Of a stretch of DNA of 64,000 nucleotides, positions 37,536 to 46,577 are shown one piece after another (the first letter of the stretch is position 1; the number at the start of each line of letters is the position of its first letter). Where the stretch lies: contig JAIPJT010000007.1 in assembly GCA_021733985.1 (NCBI GenBank), positions 10,854 to 74,853 on the forward strand, in the 5' to 3' direction. The DNA is from Victivallales bacterium (GTDB taxonomy: Bacteria > Verrucomicrobiota > Lentisphaeria > Victivallales > GWF2-38-69). Both the position numbers and the translations under genes were made by a program. The notes below the pieces were generated by a model that did not search any database, was not told the DNA's origin, and saw nothing but the letters and a program-made list of their open reading frames with translations.

Positions 37536-38954
37536 TTATAATATATCCTCTTCAAGAAAGTTTATTGCTTTTCTCCAGTTGGCAAGCCTGAATATTTTAC
37601 CAAATATGCAGTTTCTTTTCATTATATGACAGCTTCCGTCGGCTTTGGTATCGCCGCAGGGGCCATTAACCATCTTTTTGGGACATTTTTTATAACAAAC
37701 ATAGAATAAATTCTGAAGTATACATTTTTCTTCTCGGCAGTCAGCACATCTGAAAATAAGCTTTTTTAATGATATTTTTCCATTTTTTCCAGTTTTGCCT
37801 TTCCATAAGAATTCTGAAAATTTGTATTTTAATTTTTCTTTAGCTGTACAATCAGGGATTTTTACATTTTTTTCTCTTGCATTATCTGCGTATGCTTCTT
37901 TAAAAAGATTTCTGTACATATAAAATCTATAGGGATAAGGTGCCATTTCTGCCCTTGCAAGATATTCACTATAAGCATTTTTCCAGTCTTCAAAAGATGA
38001 AAATTCATTAAACGCCTCTTTTATTTTTATCTGTGCTACATTTACATCTGAGCTGCTTTCGAGGCCTTCTATCAATACTCCGCTGTAACCTATAAATTTC
38101 AGTCCTGTCAGCATTAACTGCAGTTTCCTCCATTGTGCTGACATGAATTGAGTAAAACCTACATTGGATTCTTTCCTGAGAATGCTTAAAAAGTCTGGTG
38201 AAATTCTTACACCGGGAAGTTTTCCTGAAATGATGTCTTCTACATAATCCGGATTTAAAAAATAAAATTTAGCTATTGACGGCATAAAAAAATTTCTCTT
38301 TTCAAGATACCAGCGCAGTTCCTGTAATTTTAACAGATCCCATCCGGTCTGTGTAAAAATATAATTAGCTCCAAGTTTAATTTTTTTCATTAGTTTGAAA
38401 TACTGAGGATAAAGATCAAGAGGTGTATACTTAAAAGGGTTGAGTACTGTACCCGAAAAAATTTCCATTTCATTAAAATATTTATTAATAAGTTTTAAGC
38501 TTCTTACGCTTTCATAGAAATTTACATTTTTTAGGTTTCCATATTCATCAGCAGGTAAAAAATCACCGGAAACAGGTACTATATTTTTTATACCTGTTCT
38601 TAATGCTGCTTCAACTGTTTCATATATATACTTTTCTGTATTGTTTCTCCCCGACACAAAAAACACATTTTTATTAATATCAGAAAACTCCAGCTGAGAA
38701 GCAAATTCAATAACGTTTAGTGGATTTTGATGTCTTTTGCCATTTAAAACAGCTATTCCGCAATTCAGTTTTCTGATTTTTTCTACGGTCTTTATAAATG
38801 GATCGCACCGATTGAAAATAGTATCTGGGTTACAGTCTATCTCGGGTACATTAATCTGAAAAAGTATATTAAACTCACCGTTTTTCAGACTGTTTCTGAA
38901 ACTGTTTTTGTTTGAATCAACATGCAAATCTAATTTAAACTGACTACCCTGCAT
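37536..38954 (-). CDS. Methylenetetrahydrofolate-reductase-like protein with C-terminal Cys-rich (MTHFR_C-like) domain
   Basis: Collinear with the MetF TIM barrel (NILFQINVPE, IVPVSGDF, GANYIFTQTGWD). The C-terminus is CADC..C..CPKKMVNGPCGDTKADGSCH. Confidence 0.55.
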   Translation of the reverse strand: MQGSQFKLDLHVDSNKNSFRNSLKNGEFNILFQINVPEIDCNPDTIFNRCDPFIKTVEKIRKLNCGIAVLNGKRHQNPLNVIEFASQLEFSDINKNVFFVSGRNNTEKYIYETVEAALRTGIKNIVPVSGDFLPADEYGNLKNVNFYESVRSLKLINKYFNEMEIFSGTVLNPFKYTPLDLYPQYFKLMKKIKLGANYIFTQTGWDLLKLQELRWYLEKRNFFMPSIAKFYFLNPDYVEDIISGKLPGVRISPDFLSILRKESNVGFTQFMSAQWRKLQLMLTGLKFIGYSGVLIEGLESSSDVNVAQIKIKEAFNEFSSFEDWKNAYSEYLARAEMAPYPYRFYMYRNLFKEAYADNAREKNVKIPDCTAKEKLKYKFSEFLWKGKTGKNGKISLKKLIFRCADCREEKCILQNLFYVCYKKCPKKMVNGPCGDTKADGSCHIMKRNCIFGKIFRLANWRKAINFLEEDIL

Positions 38955-39133
38955 ATTTTTTTAAATTTCCTTTTAATTATTATATTTAAAATTAATATAC
39001 TGTTTTAAAAAAAAATCGAATACTTTTTCTCATTATTTTTTTAATTTAAAATTAGCTTAACTTTAAATATGTATTTATCATATTAAAGTAAATTAAATGC
39101 TTAGTGATATAAAAAATTTAAGGAGAAAAAGTA

Positions 39134-40825
39134 ATGAATAAATATACAGGCTATAAATATCCCGAATCCATTCCGATCAAAAACCGTGATTGGCCTGATA
39201 GAGTAATTCAAAATTCCCCTGTCTGGTGTTCGGTAGATTTAAGAGACGGAAATCAGGCACTGCCAGTGCCTATGAATCCTGCTCAGAAAAAAGAATATTT
39301 CACTATGCTTACAGAAATCGGTTTTAAAGAAATTGAAGTATCTTTTCCGTCTGCTTCCGAAGACGATTTTAGATTTGTTAGAAACCTTATAGAACAAAAT
39401 TATATACCCAAAGATGTTAGAATATCAGTGCTTACTCAGGCCAGGAAGCACTTGATTGAAAGGACAGTTGAATCGTTAAAAGGAGTAGAGAAGGGTATTT
39501 TACATCTTTATGTAGCAGCCTCCGATTTACATGCAAATATTGTCTTCAATAAGAGCCGAAAAGAAGTCATTCAAATGGCTGTAGACGGTACTGTATTAGC
39601 TGTTAAAGCGCTACAGGAAGCAGGAATGCGCGATAAAATTTCCTTAGAATTTTCTCCGGAAGAGTTCACAGACTGTGACATAGATTATGTTATAGATATG
39701 TGCGAAAAGGTTAAGGAGGCCTGGAATCCTAAATCAAAAGATGATTTTATAGTCAACCTTCCGGCAACAGTCGAAAGACGGCCGCCAAACCATTATGCGG
39801 ATATGATCGAGTATTTCTGCAATAATTATAAATACAGGGGTATAACGACAGTAAGCCTGCATGCACATAATGACCAGGGCTGTGCGGTGGCTGCTACAGA
39901 ACTTGCATTGCTTGCGGGAGCTGATCGTGTTGAAGGAACTCTGTTCGGACACGGGGAAAGAACAGGAAATGTCGATATTGTTACATCCTCACTGAACCTG
40001 TTTTCCAGAGGGATTGACACCGGACTTGATTTCTCATCTTTGCCGGACATTAAAAAAACTGTTGAAAGAATATCCGGATTGGAAGTTCACCCACGCCACC
40101 CTTACGCCGGAAATCTTGTCTTCACTGCTTTTTCCGGCTCGCACCAGGATGCTATACGCAAAGGCCTACAGGCAAAAGACAGAGCCTCGGAACTGTTTAA
40201 AACAAAATGGAAAGTACCTTATCTCCACATTGACCCTAACGATGTAGGGAAAAAATATGAAAGATTGATAAGGATTAACAGTCAGTCCGGAAAAGGCGGT
40301 TCAGTTTATGTTCTTGAAGAAGACTATGGGATTAAACTTCCTAAAGAGCTTCATGCAGAACTCGGTTCTATTGTACAGAAATTCGCTGATGAACATGCCA
40401 CTGAAATTAGGTCAAGTGAAATCAAAGACATGTTCTTTGAGCATTTTGTAAACATAAACGAGCCGTATAAATTTATATCAGCCGCAGTGGTTGATAGCGA
40501 ACCGCAAGAGGACCCTGATACTGTTTCGATTAAACTCAGTTTCGAGTACAACGGCATTAGAAATGAACTTGCAGGAACAGGTAACGGCCCGATTTCTGCA
40601 GTCGTTGCTGCACTCAGAAGTGATAATATGTTTAATGATTATCTACTGGATGATTATCAGGAACAGTCTCTTGGTCACAGCGCCGATGCCACTGCTCTTG
40701 CCTATGTCAGAATTAAAAGAGTTTCGGACGAAAAAACGTTTTACGGTGTAGGACAGCATTCAAATATTAATAAAGCTGCTGTTATGGCGCTTTTCTCTGC
40801 TATCAATTTATCAATCAGGGATTAA
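39134..40825 (+). CDS. leuA: 2-isopropylmalate synthase (long type)
   Basis: WPDRVIQNSPVWCSVDLRDGNQALPVPM, EIEVSFPSASEDDFRFVR and HAHNDQGCAVAATE motifs plus a C-terminal regulatory domain. AAGGAG SD. Confidence 0.9.
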   Translation: MNKYTGYKYPESIPIKNRDWPDRVIQNSPVWCSVDLRDGNQALPVPMNPAQKKEYFTMLTEIGFKEIEVSFPSASEDDFRFVRNLIEQNYIPKDVRISVLTQARKHLIERTVESLKGVEKGILHLYVAASDLHANIVFNKSRKEVIQMAVDGTVLAVKALQEAGMRDKISLEFSPEEFTDCDIDYVIDMCEKVKEAWNPKSKDDFIVNLPATVERRPPNHYADMIEYFCNNYKYRGITTVSLHAHNDQGCAVAATELALLAGADRVEGTLFGHGERTGNVDIVTSSLNLFSRGIDTGLDFSSLPDIKKTVERISGLEVHPRHPYAGNLVFTAFSGSHQDAIRKGLQAKDRASELFKTKWKVPYLHIDPNDVGKKYERLIRINSQSGKGGSVYVLEEDYGIKLPKELHAELGSIVQKFADEHATEIRSSEIKDMFFEHFVNINEPYKFISAAVVDSEPQEDPDTVSIKLSFEYNGIRNELAGTGNGPISAVVAALRSDNMFNDYLLDDYQEQSLGHSADATALAYVRIKRVSDEKTFYGVGQHSNINKAAVMALFSAINLSIRD

Positions 40826-40949
40826 ACTCCCTGCAGTTTAAACCGGTTAAATATAGAATATCTAAATGTTTTTCTAAATTTAAATGTACGTTTTTTGGTT
40901 AAAGGTTTTTCTTTATAAATAAAACATCAAATCTTTTACGGAAATTAAG

Positions 40950-42059
40950 ATGAAAAAATTTATTACTTTTATAATTGTGCTGTTAGTACAATTGAGTATT
41001 ATATATGGTTTATACAGATGGTATGTAGGAGATAAAGCTGAAGCGGAGAAACAGCCTCAGTCTTCAATTAAGGAAAAAACCGGACAAACCGCAAATGTAA
41101 ATAAAAAAGAAAAAGTTTCCCCTACTGAAAAAAAATCTATTAAGAAAATTCCGGAGAAAGTATCGGAGCAAACTAAACCTTCAAAAACTACAATAAAAGA
41201 TGAACATAAAAATAAAGAAACAAGTAAGCCGTTAATTTTTAGATATACAGAATGGGGTAATATTCCTTCACTTCCTGAAAGCAAACTTGCAAGGACCGGA
41301 ATACTTGTAGATATAGATAAACGCACGGTACTTTGGTCTAAAAGCTGCAGGAGATCTGTACCGATTGCTTCTATGACGAAAATGATGACAGCACTTCTTG
41401 CTTTTGAAGAAATAAAAAATAATCCTGATATCAATCTAAATACAGTTATAAAAGTAACTAAAGAGGCATATAGAATAGGAGGCAGCCAGGTATGGCTGGA
41501 CCCCAGGGAAAGCTTTACTATGAAACAGCTGCTGAAAACAATTATGATAAAAAGTGCTAATGATTCGGCTTATTTAGTAGCACAGTTTCTGGGGCATGGT
41601 GATGTTGATATTTTTGTAAATGAAATGAATGAAAAAGCTGACATGATAGGTATGTCCAACGCACACTTTTCCAATCCTGACGGCCTGCCTGAAAAATATT
41701 CTTCTGATGACAATAGAGCTACAGCGGAAGGTCTGGTTTTTCTTGCAGAACACTTAATGAAATATCCCCTGGCAATGAAATGGGCTAAAACTAAAATCGA
41801 TTGGTTCAGGCAGAATTCTAAAAATCCAACAATGTTAGTTAATACTAATCATTTGGTAAGAGACCGGGTTAAAGGAGTTAACGGATTAAAGACAGGTTAT
41901 ACCTCTCGAGCCGGTTTTTGTCTAACTGCTACATGCACCAGAGGGCATACTACACTCATAGCAGTAGTTACAGGTTTTAAAAATAGAAAAGCAAGGGATC
42001 GTTTCACAACAGCACTAATTTCGTGGGGATTCAGAAAAAATGCCCGGATTAGTAAATAA
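40950..42059 (+). CDS. D-alanyl-D-alanine carboxypeptidase (S11, PBP5/6-like)
   Basis: SxxK (SMTKMMT), SxN (SAND) and KTG (KTGYT). N-terminal TM helix and a K/E/T-rich linker. Confidence 0.8.
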   Translation: MKKFITFIIVLLVQLSIIYGLYRWYVGDKAEAEKQPQSSIKEKTGQTANVNKKEKVSPTEKKSIKKIPEKVSEQTKPSKTTIKDEHKNKETSKPLIFRYTEWGNIPSLPESKLARTGILVDIDKRTVLWSKSCRRSVPIASMTKMMTALLAFEEIKNNPDINLNTVIKVTKEAYRIGGSQVWLDPRESFTMKQLLKTIMIKSANDSAYLVAQFLGHGDVDIFVNEMNEKADMIGMSNAHFSNPDGLPEKYSSDDNRATAEGLVFLAEHLMKYPLAMKWAKTKIDWFRQNSKNPTMLVNTNHLVRDRVKGVNGLKTGYTSRAGFCLTATCTRGHTTLIAVVTGFKNRKARDRFTTALISWGFRKNARISK

Positions 42060-42093
42060 TTTACAAATTCAATTTTATTAGGAGATATTTATT

Positions 42094-43065
42094 ATGAAAA
42101 TATTTGTTGCCGGCGGAGCAGGATATATAGGAAGCGGATGTACTGAATTTCTGTTGAATAACGGCTATGAAGTAACTGTATTTGATTCACTTATAACCGG
42201 GCACAGAGATGCTGTAGATAAACGGTCTGAGTTCATCGAAGGTGATCTTGCCGACAGGAAACTTGTAAGGACTGTGATAAAAAACGGTGATTTTGATGGG
42301 ATTATGCATTTTGCAGCATTTTCACTTGTCGGAGAATCTATGACAAATCCAGGCAAATATTTTATGAACAATAATGCGCACGCACTCAATCTGCTTGATG
42401 CAGCCGTTGAAAACAATATAAAGTCATTTGTTTTTTCAAGTACTGCTGCTACTTTCGGGGTACCTGAAAAAATGCCTATAACAGAGGATGCTCAACAGCA
42501 TCCTATAAATCCTTATGGGGAATCAAAACTGATATTTGAAAAAATGCTCAGCTGGTATAATAAAATTTACGGTTTAAAGTACACGGCTTTAAGGTATTTT
42601 AATGCTGCCGGAGCAACTGAAAAATTCGGCGAAGACCATAGTCCCGAAACACATTTAATCCCGCTGATCCTGCAGGTTCCGTTAGGTAGAAGAAAGTCCA
42701 TAAAAATTTTCGGCGATGATTATGATACTCCTGACGGTACTTGCCTGAGAGATTATATCCATATTTTGGATCTTGCACAGGCACATATGCTTGCTTTGGA
42801 TGCCCCAAGAAGCGGACATTACAATCTCGGTTGTGGAAATGGTTACAGTGTAAAGGAAATAATCGAGGTAGCGAGAAAAGTTACAGGGCATCCAATACCT
42901 GCAGAAGTAGAGGCTAAGCGTTCGGGAGACCCTGCAGAACTTATAGCAGATTCAACTTTGGCTAAAAAAGAGCTGTTGTGGAGTCCTAAGTATGAAAATG
43001 TTGAAGATATTATTTCATCCGCATGGGAATGGTTCAAAAAAAATCCTGACGGATATAGTAAATAA
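42094..43065 (+). CDS. galE: UDP-glucose 4-epimerase
   Basis: GGAGYIGS Rossmann motif, YGESK catalytic YxxxK, 323 aa. Confidence 0.9.
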   Translation: MKIFVAGGAGYIGSGCTEFLLNNGYEVTVFDSLITGHRDAVDKRSEFIEGDLADRKLVRTVIKNGDFDGIMHFAAFSLVGESMTNPGKYFMNNNAHALNLLDAAVENNIKSFVFSSTAATFGVPEKMPITEDAQQHPINPYGESKLIFEKMLSWYNKIYGLKYTALRYFNAAGATEKFGEDHSPETHLIPLILQVPLGRRKSIKIFGDDYDTPDGTCLRDYIHILDLAQAHMLALDAPRSGHYNLGCGNGYSVKEIIEVARKVTGHPIPAEVEAKRSGDPAELIADSTLAKKELLWSPKYENVEDIISSAWEWFKKNPDGYSK

Positions 43066-43080
43066 TAAAACAGGGCTTTA

Positions 43081-43707
43081 ATTATCGAAACATTAAAGAC
43101 TACAGCAATAATTTTAAAAAAAACTCCCTATAGTGAAAGCAGTTTTATTGTAACTTCAATAACTCCTGATTATGGGCGTATAGACTTTCTAATACGCGGA
43201 GAAAGAAAAATCACAAAGAAGAGATGCCCTGTTATTGACCTGTTCAGAGAGTTTGAAATTGTTTTTAGAGATAAGAGGAATTCCGATTTGGCAACCCCCG
43301 TTTCTCTGGACCTGTTAAAATGTTATGATAACATTTCACTGTACCCTAAAAAATTTTCACTCATATGCCGAATGTCACGTTTTATTATTAAAAATACCTT
43401 TTCTTATGTAGCGTGTACGATTTTATATGATTCATTTTCAAATTTATTAAATATATATTCCGGTGGGAAAAGTATCGAATACCCTGAAACATTTCTTAGA
43501 CTGGCTTATCTCTATGAAAATGGGCTTCTACCTGAATTAAATGAAAAAGGAAAAAATACCGGAAGAAAAGAGCAATTTATAAATCTGCTTATTGATTTCA
43601 TCACAGGAAAGGTAAATGAACTCCCGGCGATAACACCTGATTACTGGAAGCGCTTTGATAAATGGATACTTAATTTATGCCATATCCACAATTTAAAAGT
43701 TGGTTAA
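43081..43707 (+). CDS. recO: DNA repair protein RecO (non-canonical start)
   Basis: (I)IETLKTTAIILKKTPYSESSFIVTSITPDYGRIDFLIRGERK is a typical RecO OB-fold N-terminus. The frame is open only from 43069 and holds no ATG/GTG/TTG before this segment. The ORF track only reports the distal part from 43288. Confidence 0.7.
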   Translation: MIETLKTTAIILKKTPYSESSFIVTSITPDYGRIDFLIRGERKITKKRCPVIDLFREFEIVFRDKRNSDLATPVSLDLLKCYDNISLYPKKFSLICRMSRFIIKNTFSYVACTILYDSFSNLLNIYSGGKSIEYPETFLRLAYLYENGLLPELNEKGKNTGRKEQFINLLIDFITGKVNELPAITPDYWKRFDKWILNLCHIHNLKVG

Positions 43708-43799
43708 ATACCTTATAGTTACCATTGTTATATCCTCATAAATGAAAAACATACCATTGGGCTTAGTGTGTATAATCCAAAGAACATTTAGTATGAAAT

Positions 43800-44972
43800 C
43801 TAATTTTTTATAACAACTTTTACCTTGTCTCCGGGCATGAGTTTATAACGGTTAGCGGGGAGAGTTACAGTTTGTCCATCCTGCAATTCGGCGTTGACAT
43901 CAACAACTAAAATATCATGTAGTTCAAGTTTTCCGGGTTTATCCAGTATCCTCATTTCAGTAATTCCATTGTAAAGCCTTTCAAGTTTTCCAGGCACAAT
44001 ATATGTTTTTTCTATCTTAAATACCGGGTCTATTCCTTTACCGGGCTGCATTACTTTATTATCCTTTGCCTTCCAGACATAATAACCTTTATTATCCTTA
44101 TTTATTGCAGGGGCCGCTACCCCTAATGCATTCGGTTTTAGTGGATTAATATAAAAATCGGTAACATAGAAAACTTCACTGACCTCTTCAACTTTTTTAT
44201 CAATATAAAGATTTGGACTGTTTCTGACCAGAAATACTATACCGTCTTTTACTTTATAGCTGTAACCGTTGAAAACACCAACAGGTTCATTAAGTTTTCT
44301 GCCTGTTATTGTAACAGCAGTATAGGCTGAAATTTCAGCTGCTTCCTTGTCGCTCATACTTACCTTTATGCCTATAGGATTGAGTTGTGTAATTTGTAAT
44401 ACTTCCGGATCAGAGACAAGAAGGCCTCTGGTATAGTAAACCTTATCAACTATTCCCTCAAAAGGTGCTGATTCTCTGCACTGCTGCAAAATTTCATTAT
44501 TTTCATTCAGCATAGCTACAGCATCCCTGTACTGGCCTAAGGCTTCATATAACTTTGCTTTTTTCTTCTGAAATTTTTTCATAGGCACAGCACCTGTCGG
44601 GCTTAATTTTTTATATCTTTTAAATTCTTTATAAGCTGTGTCAAGATTTTTTTTTGCCTTAATTAACTTTCCCTTTGCTTCTTCTACTTTTCCTCCCCAG
44701 TAGTCTCTGCGCATTTGAATTAGTTCTGTGCCATGTATTTTTACTTTACCTTTGAGATTTGTGATATCCGGCCTCGTAATTTCTCCGAATTTAGCTGAAG
44801 ATGTTAGATAACCCCAGAAATCTGCGCCGGTACCCGCTTTTATTTCAGTCCTTAGGACAGGTACTGCTGTTCCTGTATAAACCTTTTCACCATAGAGCTT
44901 TATAAAAAACAGGAATATAACCCAAACTGCTATATACTTCTTAAAAATATTACGTATCATTATCGGCTCCAA
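43800..44972 (-). CDS. Membrane-fusion-protein (HlyD/RND adaptor)-like protein, paralogue B
   Basis: N-terminal anchor, helical hairpin segment, APFEGIV motif and beta-barrel-like C-terminus. Shares QLNPIGIKV, DPVFKIEKxYIxPG and MPGDKVKV blocks with the upstream paralogue. Confidence 0.5.
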   Translation of the reverse strand: MEPIMIRNIFKKYIAVWVIFLFFIKLYGEKVYTGTAVPVLRTEIKAGTGADFWGYLTSSAKFGEITRPDITNLKGKVKIHGTELIQMRRDYWGGKVEEAKGKLIKAKKNLDTAYKEFKRYKKLSPTGAVPMKKFQKKKAKLYEALGQYRDAVAMLNENNEILQQCRESAPFEGIVDKVYYTRGLLVSDPEVLQITQLNPIGIKVSMSDKEAAEISAYTAVTITGRKLNEPVGVFNGYSYKVKDGIVFLVRNSPNLYIDKKVEEVSEVFYVTDFYINPLKPNALGVAAPAINKDNKGYYVWKAKDNKVMQPGKGIDPVFKIEKTYIVPGKLERLYNGITEMRILDKPGKLELHDILVVDVNAELQDGQTVTLPANRYKLMPGDKVKVVIKN

Positions 44973-46137
44973 TTTTTACTTTTACCTTATCGCCCGGCAT
45001 AATCACGTATTCTTTAGGAGGGAGCATTATAGTATCACCCGGCTTCATCTTTTTATAAGGATTTGGGATTAAGACAGCATCCCCGAATTCTATTTTGCTG
45101 CTTTTGGATTTTATTGACTGATAAAATATTTGGCCAGCGAAAATACGCTGCAGATTTCCCGGTGTTATATATATTTTTTCTATTTTAAATACAGGATCAA
45201 AATGTTTTCCCGGTTCAAAAAATTTTCTGTTTTTTGCTTTCCACAGAAAATACCCTTTTTTATCTTTGCATATTGAACGTTTTGGAACGCAAAGCATTTT
45301 TTTACTTGAATAATCCTTGTATATATAATCAACCGGGTGGCACGGCCCCAAAATATATTTAACATTCTGTATTTCTCTTTCAGGCAGAGTCCTTGGATAA
45401 TTTTCGGTTATCAATATTATCCCGTCTTTACAAAGTACGTTGTAACCGTTATATATCCCTTGTTTTTTATTGCTTCCGGGAATATATACTGTCACTGGAG
45501 TTGAGGGAGAAATACTATTAGCTTTTTCTCTTGACATTTTAACCTTTATGCCGATGGGATTTAACTGCAGAATTTCTATGACCTCGGGATTTCCTGACGC
45601 TTTACCAAGTATATACATAACATCGTTTACATACCCCTCAAAAGGAGCATACTGAGTTCGTGTATTCAGTACAGCTTCGTCCGTACGCAGGTCACCCTTT
45701 GCGTTTATCAGCCTTCCATAATATTTAGCATATATATCCTGGAACTTCTGATATGTTTCTACACTTTCTGCACCTGTAGGGGCGAGTTTTTGATAGCGTT
45801 TCAGGTTTTCCTTGGCATTTAGCAGGTCCTGCTTTGCGGTTCTTACATTAGCCCTATCGGCTTTTTCCATATCCGACCAATATCTGATTCCCTGTTTTAG
45901 GACTACAGTACCCGGGTCGATTGTTTTACCCTTTACAGTTTTTATTTTAGGGACAAGAAGCTGTCCTTTAGGGGCAATATAAGTTATTTTCCCTTTATAT
46001 GATGTATTAGTACCTGCATGGATTTTTACAACATTCAAGGGTATTGCTTTTCCTGTATGTACTGCAGAAAATATATGAAAACAGAAAATATAAGATATTA
46101 AAATTAATATAAATTTTAGATGATTTAAAATAGTCAT
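44950..46137 (-). CDS. Membrane-fusion-protein (HlyD/RND adaptor)-like protein, paralogue A
   Basis: Same architecture as 43800-44972 (APFEGYV, QLNPIGIKV, DPVFKIEKIYITPG, MPGDKVKV). The 3' end overlaps the next gene. Confidence 0.5.
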   Translation of the reverse strand: MTILNHLKFILILISYIFCFHIFSAVHTGKAIPLNVVKIHAGTNTSYKGKITYIAPKGQLLVPKIKTVKGKTIDPGTVVLKQGIRYWSDMEKADRANVRTAKQDLLNAKENLKRYQKLAPTGAESVETYQKFQDIYAKYYGRLINAKGDLRTDEAVLNTRTQYAPFEGYVNDVMYILGKASGNPEVIEILQLNPIGIKVKMSREKANSISPSTPVTVYIPGSNKKQGIYNGYNVLCKDGIILITENYPRTLPEREIQNVKYILGPCHPVDYIYKDYSSKKMLCVPKRSICKDKKGYFLWKAKNRKFFEPGKHFDPVFKIEKIYITPGNLQRIFAGQIFYQSIKSKSSKIEFGDAVLIPNPYKKMKPGDTIMLPPKEYVIMPGDKVKVKIGADNDT

Positions 46138-46478
46138 TATATTTAACTCCTGCTATCTACAAAAAAAATCAGCATCTTTTTATATTATAATCGATCAAAT
46201 TTTATTTATCTATGTATGCAAAAGCTGATTTAATTATCGAAATATAGTAAATAAAATATATTGAAATTGTCCAGGATACAAGTAACCTTTTCAAGGTACC
46301 GTCTTTTGTCTCTAATATTTTTCAAAAATCAGAGATTTTTTTAAAATGGGACGAATTAAATAAGCAATAAAGAACTGAATGTATAAAGAAGTTAGATCTC
46401 AACAAGAGTGACCGTAAAACAGCAGACAGTATAGACCCAAATTATGCATTTGATAAAGAAAAATTTAATTTATAATTA

Positions 46479-46577
46479 GACGGCTGTGAAAAATCATAAA
46501 TCTTCTGATATGATTATATCAATAAAAAAATCAAAGCCCTGAAACACCTTTTCGTGGACCGTATAATTATGGAAAAT
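46479..46577 (+). repeat. Family-2 ~100-nt intergenic repeat (copy at priA)
   Basis: GACGGCTGTGAAAAATCATAAATCTTCTGATATGATTATATCAAT...GAAACACCTTTTCGTGGACCGTATAATTATGGAAAAT aligns with 34214-34314. Confidence 0.65.

Noticed and set aside
46554-46568. ORF-track N-terminal extensions (priA GTG at 46554; ribD 61467; ribE TTG 62906; rSAM 53570; trpF 25613; queH 34294)
   Set aside because: In each case a downstream ATG gives an N-terminus matching the family's conserved start, avoids reading through an upstream gene or repeat array, or has a better SD. Coordinates were adjusted accordingly.
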